Below are positions 1 to 6,128 of a stretch of DNA of 64,000 bases, one piece after another. Below the pieces are notes generated by a model, which ran no database searches, had not been told where the DNA came from, and saw only the letters and a program-made list of their open reading frames with translations. Location: NCBI GenBank assembly GCA_028707815.1, contig JAQWAE010000001.1:68150-132149 (forward strand), read 5' to 3'. Every line of letters begins with the position of its first letter. The first letter of the stretch is position 1. Source of the stretch: Bacteroidales bacterium. GTDB lineage: Bacteria > Bacteroidota > Bacteroidia > Bacteroidales > BM520. The position numbers and the translations under genes were made by a program.

Positions 1-258
1 AATGTAGCTTTACCGGAAGATACTGTCAGACAGCTGAGTACAATCTTCGGAATAAAAGATGAAATCAGCATTTCGGAAGAAGGCATATTAAATAACACAA
101 GATTAAGAGACGAACACGAAATTGGTTATCACAAATTATTGGATTTCATTGGAGATATATCATTATCGGGCAAGCCGATAAGAGGTTTTATCAAAGCATA
201 CAAGCCCGGACATTATGCAAATCATAAATTTGTAGAGGAGTTAATTGCAACTATGTAA
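1..258 (+). CDS. lpxC: LpxC (UDP-3-O-acyl-N-acetylglucosamine deacetylase), C-terminal 85 codons; the 5' end lies outside the window
   Basis: Frame 1 is open from base 1 to TAA at 256-258. The translation contains EHEIGYHKLLDFIGDISLSGKPIRGFIKAYKPGHYANHKF, which lines up with the conserved LpxC C-terminal block (E. coli FVRHKMLDAIGDL...AYKSGHALNNKL, from memory). It is absent from the ORF track because it has no start codon in the window. Confidence 0.6.
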   Translation, partial: NVALPEDTVRQLSTIFGIKDEISISEEGILNNTRLRDEHEIGYHKLLDFIGDISLSGKPIRGFIKAYKPGHYANHKFVEELIATM

Positions 259-373
259 TATCTCATCTTTGACATTTTTTTGTTTCAAAATCTTTCTAAC
301 TAACAGTAATTTAGTTGATTACGAGTAATTACGAATGGTCTATTTTGTAGTAATTTGTTTCCATGTTTATTGT

Positions 374-811
374 TTAACTTTTTTTAACACAAGACAGAAT
401 TTTCCGCATTTCTTTTTTTGTAACAATCTGTATATCTGTTCTAAAACCTACAGTACCATGCAAAGCGTTTGTAGTATTTGTCCTTGTGTAAGTTGGAATA
501 TAACCTTCACCGCTGACACTTACAAAGTTCATATCAATAAGCGCACTTATTATATTTTCAGGCGTAAAATGATTTATGCCGCGATTAAGTTTTCTTTCAA
601 GATATTTGTAAATCAATAAGGCAAGGAAGCAGGTCAAAAAATGAGCCCTAATTCTGTCATCCCTTTGCAAAAACACCGGTCTTGCTTCAAACTCTGTTTT
701 CATAATTTTAAAACCATCTTCAATAATCCATCGTCTCCCATTAGTGTTGATGACATCTAATGCGTTGTCTTCCAAATCGGTACAGATTGCATAAAAGCCA
801 TCAAAACGCAC
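374..811 (-). pseudogene. IS4-superfamily (IS1634-like) DDE transposase, C-terminal fragment only
   Basis: The ORF begins at a GTG with an in-frame stop a few codons upstream. DGFYAICTDLED...RRWIIEDGFKIMKTEFEARPVFLQRDDRIRAHFLTCFLALLIYKYLE carries the R-x3-E-x6-K C-terminal signature of IS4-type transposases. The N-terminal ~2/3, including the DD residues, is missing. Confidence 0.65.
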
Positions 812-906
812 TTCCTGATTAATTATTTCCTGATTTAGTGAGAGACTTGAAGTTTGTGCAATTTCGGGGAAAAAAATGCAGATTAGTTTTTCTCATATTT
901 TTATTT

Positions 907-914
907 TATCTTTG
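907..914 (+). promoter_or_regulatory. Candidate Bacteroidota -7 box (TATCTTTG), distal promoter for the R-M operon
   Basis: Exact match to TAnnTTTG, about 130 nt upstream of the methyltransferase ATG. Confidence 0.3.
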
Positions 915-1030
915 CATTTCATTTATGCATCATATAAGATTTTCATTTACGCATGTTGTATGTTTAGGTGCGTGAATAAAACGTTATGTGCATATTAAAA
1001 AGACAAAGACCATTTAATAATAAAATTGAT

Positions 1031-1038
1031 TAAATTTG
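1031..1038 (+). promoter_or_regulatory. Candidate -7 box (TAAATTTG), proximal promoter for the methyltransferase gene; would give a leaderless or near-leaderless mRNA
   Basis: Exact TAnnTTTG match ending 4 nt before the ATG at 1043. Confidence 0.3.
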
Positions 1039-1042
1039 CAAC

Positions 1043-1831
1043 ATGGAACTTAATAAAATATACAACGAGAATTGTTTAGTTACAATGGGCAATATGCCTG
1101 ATAATTATCTGGACTTTGTAATTACTTCACCTCCTTATGACGATATAAGAAATTATAATGGTTATCAGTTTGAATTTGAGAAAATTGCAAAAGAATTGTT
1201 TCGCGTTACAAAACAGGGCGGACTAATTATTTGGGTTGTCGCTGATGCCACAATTGACGGAAGTGAAACAGGAACTTCGTTTAAGCAGGCTTTGTTTTTT
1301 AAAGAAATAGGATTTCGTCTGCACGATACAATGATTTACTACAAAAATAATCCAATGCCACAAACAGGGAATAGGTATCATCAACATTTTGAATACATGT
1401 TTGCTTTTTCAAAAGGAAGTCCCAAAACATTTAATCCAATAACTGAACCTACAAAATATCAAGGACTTGCTAACATGAAAAATAGAGGACAAAATGGTAC
1501 TCTTGATTATGAAAAAGTTGAAAGAACAACAGAAAAAAAAGTTGGTAATGTTTTCTTTTATTCAATTGGCGGTGGAATTTCAACGAAAGATAAAATTGCA
1601 TATAATCATCCTGCTATTTTTCCGGAAAAACTTGTTGCAGACCAAATTAATACATGGACAAATGAGAATGACTTAGTTTATGACCCTTTTATGGGAAGTG
1701 GTACAACAGCTAAAATTGCACATTTATTAAACCGAAAATGGATTGGTTCAGAAATTTCAAATGAATACGTTGAAATTGCAGAAGAAAGATTAAAGACATA
1801 CACAATGAATAATTTATTTACAGCAAAATAA
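1043..1831 (+). CDS. Type II DNA methyltransferase, beta-class amino-MTase (N4-cytosine or N6-adenine)
   Basis: Motif IV DFVITSPPY lies near the N-terminus and motif I VYDPFMGSGTTAKIA near the C-terminus, which is the beta-class circular permutation. The protein is 262 aa. Its stop is 1 nt before the next ATG. Confidence 0.85.
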   Translation: MELNKIYNENCLVTMGNMPDNYLDFVITSPPYDDIRNYNGYQFEFEKIAKELFRVTKQGGLIIWVVADATIDGSETGTSFKQALFFKEIGFRLHDTMIYYKNNPMPQTGNRYHQHFEYMFAFSKGSPKTFNPITEPTKYQGLANMKNRGQNGTLDYEKVERTTEKKVGNVFFYSIGGGISTKDKIAYNHPAIFPEKLVADQINTWTNENDLVYDPFMGSGTTAKIAHLLNRKWIGSEISNEYVEIAEERLKTYTMNNLFTAK

Positions 1832-1832
1832 T

Positions 1833-2579
1833 ATGGATTTAGTTCAACGAGGTTCCCAAACAGCAAAAAATGGTTTCAGAAACGAAGACGATATAGTTAG
1901 GAAATTTAACGAGTGGAAAAAGGATAAAGATGCACAAGCGTGGTTAATCTTAATGAAATACGATCTTTCAGAAATTGAGTATGTTGAAGCTGTAAAATTA
2001 TCCGGATACAAAACAGACGTTCAAGTACAAGTAACCATAAAACTCAAAAAAGCAATTGATGTCGAAAATTTACAGGTTAAATTGGTAAGTAATCCTAAAG
2101 GATTTAATCAAATAGATAAGCGATGGGTTGATAAATACACAGAAATGTGGACTATACCTACAGAAGTTGTTTCAATTTTAAAGAGATATACAGGCGAAGA
2201 AAAACCTACAATTAAAAAGCCTAAGGACAAAAGAAGGATGTTTGCAAATGAATTTTCTGAAGCTGAACAGGAAGTTATTTTAAAATGGTTAAAGAAAAAT
2301 CAATCTTTAATTATTTCAGACATATTAAAAGGGCAGGGAAAATTTGCAGCAGAATGGATGTTAGTAGCTCAAAAAGTTGAGAAAAATGCAAGGTGGATTT
2401 TAAAACCAATGAATTTTTGCATGAACTATTTCGGAAATGGAGAAATTGAAATTACTAACAGAGGAAATTTTAGAGTAGGAAGAATTACAATACAAAGAAA
2501 AGGTGGTGATGGAGGCAGAGATACGGCAAAAATGTTGCAATTTAAAATTAATCCGACAGAGTTGTTTGACAATGAATGA
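1833..2579 (+). CDS. Type II restriction endonuclease, HinP1I/MspI fold family
   Basis: The protein is 248 aa. YKTD(62)-x18-Q(81)VK(83) reproduces the (S/T)D-x18-QxK catalytic arrangement and residue numbering I recall for R.HinP1I. It follows a DNA MTase gene with a 1-nt gap. Confidence 0.65.
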   Translation: MDLVQRGSQTAKNGFRNEDDIVRKFNEWKKDKDAQAWLILMKYDLSEIEYVEAVKLSGYKTDVQVQVTIKLKKAIDVENLQVKLVSNPKGFNQIDKRWVDKYTEMWTIPTEVVSILKRYTGEEKPTIKKPKDKRRMFANEFSEAEQEVILKWLKKNQSLIISDILKGQGKFAAEWMLVAQKVEKNARWILKPMNFCMNYFGNGEIEITNRGNFRVGRITIQRKGGDGGRDTAKMLQFKINPTELFDNE

Positions 2580-2734
2580 AATACGCACTATAACATGCGG
2601 TATATTTTATTGCCGAGATAGTGTGTATTTCAGCGTTCCGGTATCTAATAAACTTTCGTGTAACTTGACAGGACAGTGTTCCAAAATCGGCAACTAACCA
2701 TACTGCCCAACCGTTGAACGGATGGCAAACCGCA

Positions 2735-3430
2735 TTTCTGCCATCCGGCATACTCTCAACGACAAACGACAGCACGTAAACAGCGAATGTGTAAACCACG
2801 GACATATACACAGGAAGTTAAACAGGAAGTTCATAAATTATTAATTCAAGAACAATGGTCGCCACAACAAATATCAGGATATTTCAAACGCATAGGGAAA
2901 GTCACAGTATCCCACGAGACAATTTATACCGATATTAGATGGGATAATGTTTGTGGTAGCACTTTATGGAAGTATTGTCGTCACAAGCTCAAACATCGTA
3001 AAAAAACATTAAGCAAAACATTGCCTATCTTAAATAGGATAAGCATAGACCTACGGCACGCTGTTTATATGAATCTAAATTACCGACTACCAAGCTATTG
3101 TCTCTAAAGTGACAAAGCATGTTTATGGTAATATTGCTGTTTATCAATTACAAACATGCGACCCATACAAACATGCGACCCATACGGGGTCGTTGGCAGC
3201 TGTGTCATAAATTTCAGGCTATAGATATGTGACCCCTTCGGGGTCATGTCAGAGGATTTATAAGCTGACAAGGCAAACCCAAAATTGTTGCAAAGCAACA
3301 ATGCAGACCCGCCTTAGCTGATGTGGTTTTGACGCAGCGGAAGACTTTTTTGTGCTTTTCTAATCATAAAAAAGTAAAAAAAGAACTTCTCAACTTTTTA
3401 TTGTGTTTTCGCAATGCTAATGAATCTACG
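2735..3430 (+). repeat. Copy A of a truncated IS30-remnant + hairpin-module composite repeat
   Basis: Hand alignment to the reverse complement of 5421-5947. The outer end (TTTCTGCC..TCCGGCATAC.CTCAACGACAA), the junction ATTGCTGTTTATCAATTACAAACA, about 190 bp of near-identical sequence, and the terminus TTTTCGCAATGCTAATGAATCTACG are shared. Confidence 0.8.
2787..3107 (+). pseudogene. IS30-family transposase fragment (central linker region, no catalytic domain)
   Basis: EQWSPQQISGYFKRIGKVTVSHETIYTDI...KHRKK...PILNRISID resembles the WSPEQI...VSHETIY...I.ERP segment of IS30 transposases. The frame collapses right after ISID, and both the N-terminal HTH and the DDE core are absent. Confidence 0.65.
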
Positions 3431-3488
3431 AAAAAAATTATTTTTATCAATAATTTTTTACTGTCTAATGTTTTTCAAAAAAAAATAT

Positions 3489-3496
3489 TACCTTTG
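3489..3496 (+). promoter_or_regulatory. -7 box TACCTTTG for tRNA-Lys
   Basis: Exact TAnnTTTG match ending 20 nt upstream of the tRNA 5' end. Confidence 0.5.
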
Positions 3497-3515
3497 CACC
3501 CTGAAAATCAAAGTT

Positions 3516-3588
3516 GTCTCCGTAGCTCAGTTGGCAGAGCAAATGACTCTTAATCATTGGGCCGAGAGTTCGAATCTCTCCGGGGACA
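3516..3588 (+). tRNA. tRNA-Lys (anticodon CTT)
   Basis: Hand-folded cloverleaf. The acceptor stem is GTCTCCG/CGGGGAC with one G-U pair, and the D arm is GCTCAGTTGGCAGAGC. The anticodon stem AATGA/TCATT carries loop CTCTTAA. The T arm is GAGAG-TTCGAAT-CTCTC and the discriminator is A. CCA is not encoded. Confidence 0.9.
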
Positions 3589-3636
3589 CTTTTTTTTTAG
3601 CAATTCCTCTGATAATATTGTATTAAAATAAATTCT

Positions 3637-4557
3637 ATGTCAGTAACTATAGAAGGTGTGACAAAACTTTACGGTTCACAAAAGGCATTAGACAATGTCA
3701 GTATACACATTGACAAAGGTGAAGTTGTAGGTCTTCTTGGTCCCAATGGAGCCGGAAAATCCACTTTGATGAAAATCATCACTTGTTATCTTAAGCCGAC
3801 ATCAGGAACTGCAGATGTTTGCGGACACGATATTTTGGAATCGCCGTTAGAAGTTAAAAAACACATTGGCTATCTACAAGAAAACAATCCTCTATATTCT
3901 GACATGTATATTGCTGAATATCTTGACTTTATATCGGAGATATATCACATCAAAAAAAAGAAAGACAGAATAAAAGAGATAATTGAGTTAACTGGGTTAA
4001 CCAAAGAACAGAATAAACTTATCAGGGAATTATCCAAAGGATACAAGCAAAGAGTCGGGCTTGCGCAAGCACTTATACACGACCCTGAAGTTCTTATCCT
4101 TGATGAGCCGACAACAGGATTAGACCCGAATCAGTTAACAGAAATGCGCAGACTTATCAAAGAATTAGGCAAAAACAAGACTGTGCTGCTATCTACCCAT
4201 ATTATGCAAGAAGTTGAAGCTATCTGCGACAGAGTTATTATCATCAACAACGGCAAAATAATTGCAAATTCCAAGACAGAAGAAATTCTTGCAATGCAAA
4301 ATATGCAATCGATAGAAATAGAATTGAAAAAACCTTATCCTTCAGATGTCTTTAAATCTTTCCCTTACGAGCATAAAATAGAATTAAAAGACAACCTTGA
4401 AAACTCTGTAAAATACCTTATTCACTTTACTTCCGAAGAGGATTTAAGAGACAGAATTTTCAATTATGCCAAAGATAATGGACTGACAATCTTATCGATG
4501 GGACAACCGGAAAGACATTTGGAGGAAATCTTCATCAACTTGGTCAATAAAGAATAA
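3637..4557 (+). CDS. gldA: ABC transporter ATP-binding protein, GldA-like (gliding-motility-associated ABC ATPase)
   Basis: Walker A GPNGAGKST, signature LSKGYKQRVGLA and Walker B LILDEPTTGLD are present. End-to-end resemblance to Flavobacterium GldA as I recall it (STHIMQEVEAICDRVIIIN). The protein is 306 aa. Confidence 0.65.
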   Translation: MSVTIEGVTKLYGSQKALDNVSIHIDKGEVVGLLGPNGAGKSTLMKIITCYLKPTSGTADVCGHDILESPLEVKKHIGYLQENNPLYSDMYIAEYLDFISEIYHIKKKKDRIKEIIELTGLTKEQNKLIRELSKGYKQRVGLAQALIHDPEVLILDEPTTGLDPNQLTEMRRLIKELGKNKTVLLSTHIMQEVEAICDRVIIINNGKIIANSKTEEILAMQNMQSIEIELKKPYPSDVFKSFPYEHKIELKDNLENSVKYLIHFTSEEDLRDRIFNYAKDNGLTILSMGQPERHLEEIFINLVNKE

Positions 4558-4588
4558 GACAAAAGCGACCTTATCATCAGATAAGCAT

Positions 4589-5320
4589 CTAAGCATTTAA
4601 AGCTGCAGCAACAAAATAATACTCTGCATTAGTATCAAAGCACTTCTCAAACTCCTCACAAGTAAGAGGCTTTTTGTTGCTGACAAACGCTTGTAAAGTA
4701 TATATATTCAAGCCTATTCCCTTAATGAAGTTATACAAATCGGCAGGTTTTGTGCCATAATATTCGCTCGCACCTTTTCCACATTCAAACAAGACGACAG
4801 GTTTATTTGTTTTCAAAATATTTTCAGCACCTTTCAAAACACCGAACTCGCCACCCTCTACATCAATCTTTATAAAATGGATTTTTTTATCTGCCGGAAT
4901 TACATCATCAAGACGTTTTTCCTCAACGACAATCTCTTCAATTTGAGGATTATCAATGTCATATTTTCGTCTTTTAATTCCGCTATAAGCAGGAGCATTT
5001 TTAACAAGTTGAAAAGTTGTTTCACCGTTTACATCAGCAAGTGCACATTGGAAAATGTTAGCTTTGTCTTTATATTTATTTTTCAATTCTTTACACAAGT
5101 AAGGTATAGGTTCAAATGCGTAGTGTTTCCCTTCCGGAGAAAAATGCATCATCAACTCCAATATTTCACCTTTATGACAACCAATATCAATACAATTATA
5201 CTCTTTTTTGAGATATTTCTTTAATATTTTCTTTGTAAGCCTGTCATATTTCAAGTTCTTTGTCAAATCCAAATGAAGAAAAATCAGCACTTCTCGCAGG
5301 GTATCTTTAATAATGCTCAT
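4589..5320 (-). CDS. FkbM-family SAM-dependent methyltransferase
   Basis: IDIGCHKGE (SAM motif), AFEPIP and IKIDVEGGEFGVLKGA are the hallmark FkbM motifs. Confidence 0.75.
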   Translation of the reverse strand: MSIIKDTLREVLIFLHLDLTKNLKYDRLTKKILKKYLKKEYNCIDIGCHKGEILELMMHFSPEGKHYAFEPIPYLCKELKNKYKDKANIFQCALADVNGETTFQLVKNAPAYSGIKRRKYDIDNPQIEEIVVEEKRLDDVIPADKKIHFIKIDVEGGEFGVLKGAENILKTNKPVVLFECGKGASEYYGTKPADLYNFIKGIGLNIYTLQAFVSNKKPLTCEEFEKCFDTNAEYYFVAAALNA

Positions 5321-5354
5321 AAAAACAATTTTAATACATTAAACATATAACTTG

Positions 5355-5362
5355 CAAAGATA
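5355..5362 (-). promoter_or_regulatory. -7 box (TATCTTTG on the minus strand) for the FkbM methyltransferase gene
   Basis: Exact TAnnTTTG match on the minus strand, about 35 nt upstream of the ATG at 5320. Confidence 0.4.
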
Positions 5363-5420
5363 CTTCAAGTTTTCGAAACGACATATATTATTGTAATGAT
5401 AAATTTATAAATTCTTTGAC

Positions 5421-5947
5421 CGTAGATTCATTAGCATTGCGAAAATACAATAAAGATTCCTTTTGTTACTTTTTTATGATTAGAAAAGTAACAAAAAAGT
5501 CTTCCGCTGCGTCAAAACCACATCAGCCAAGGCGGGTCTGCATTGTTGCTTTGCAACAATTTTGGGTTTGCCTTATCAGTTTATAAATCCTCTGACATGA
5601 CCCCGTAGGGGTCACATGTTTGTAGATAAATAAAACACCATTCCATATATCCGATGCCGAAGGCATCGCTTGTTTGTAATTGATAAACAGCAATTTTTTC
5701 CATAAACATGCTTTGTTCCGTCAGGGACAATAGCTCGGTAGCCGGACGTATCAGTTTATTCATGTTTACTATGGCTTCTTTGTTATTAGGTCCTACAATA
5801 GTATCCATTTCCCAATCACCAAAGCGTTTACCGTCAACTTCCGGCGGACGTTGGTCTATGCTTATCCTATGTAAGATAGGCAATGTTTTGTTTTTCGCTA
5901 TTTAAGTGCTGTCACTTGTCGTTGAGCGTATGCCGGACCGGCAGAAA
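5421..5947 (-). repeat. Copy B of the truncated IS30-remnant + hairpin-module composite repeat (inverted relative to copy A)
   Basis: See copy A. It reads on the minus strand from 5947 down to 5421 and ends with the same TTTTCGCAATGCTAATGAATCTACG terminus facing the tRNA/gldA segment. Confidence 0.8.
5581..5883 (-). pseudogene. IS30-family transposase fragment (start of the catalytic domain) running into hairpin-repeat sequence
   Basis: PILHRISIDQRPPEVDGKRFGDWEMDTIVGPNNKEAIV matches the IS30 I.ERP...R...GHWE.D.I.G block. Only about the first 60 codons (about 5700-5883) are transposase-like. The rest of the ORF is read-through of the hairpin modules. Confidence 0.65.
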
Positions 5948-5952
5948 TTACA

Positions 5953-5960
5953 TACCTTTG
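5953..5960 (+). promoter_or_regulatory. Orphan -7 box TACCTTTG
   Basis: Exact TAnnTTTG match with no plus-strand ORF downstream. A strong terminator follows about 55 nt later. Confidence 0.35.
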
Positions 5961-5963
5961 CTC

Positions 5964-6046
5964 CGAGGTTAATTGTTTGTACATCATAGCAACGCAAAAC
6001 AAATTACTCTTAGGGGACTTTATCAAAAATAAAGTCCCTTTTTTTT
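5964..6046 (+). ncRNA. Candidate small RNA (~80 nt) defined only by promoter and terminator
   Basis: It lies between the TACCTTTG box (5953-5960) and the intrinsic terminator (6013-6046). There is no coding potential. The 5' end is a guess. Confidence 0.25.
6013..6046 (+). terminator. Rho-independent terminator (plus strand)
   Basis: GGGGACTTTAT-CAAAA-ATAAAGTCCC hairpin followed by T8. Confidence 0.65.
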
Positions 6047-6084
6047 GTTATTGCTATTTGAAACTATCAACTAACACCATAAAG

Positions 6085-6128
6085 CTCGCTATGAAATAAA
6101 ACTACTGTAATACGAATTATTACAGTAG
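6085..6128 (-). terminator. Terminator of the 938-aa T9SS cargo gene
   Basis: The perfect 11-bp hairpin CTACTGTAATA-CGAAT-TATTACAGTAG overlaps the stop codon. On the minus strand it is followed by TTTTATTTCAT. Confidence 0.5.

Noticed and set aside
335-619. 94-aa plus-strand ORF
   Set aside because: It is antisense to the transposase fragment, has low-complexity hydrophobic composition, and shows no recognisable motif.
2578-2631. 14-bp inverted repeat (GAAATACGCACTAT / ATAGTGTGTATTTC, one G-U) starting at the REase stop codon
   Set aside because: It could terminate the R-M operon. However, the loop is 26 nt and no U-tract follows, so I did not call it a terminator.
2548-2811. 87-aa minus-strand ORF spanning the REase 3' end and the outer end of repeat copy A
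   Set aside because: It overlaps a confident CDS and repeat DNA. There is no start context and no homology that I can see.
3104-3626. ORFs 3104-3301(-), 3323-3553(+) and 3414-3626(+)
   Set aside because: They are translations of the hairpin-module repeat, the AT-rich promoter region and the tRNA-Lys gene itself, and are not coding.
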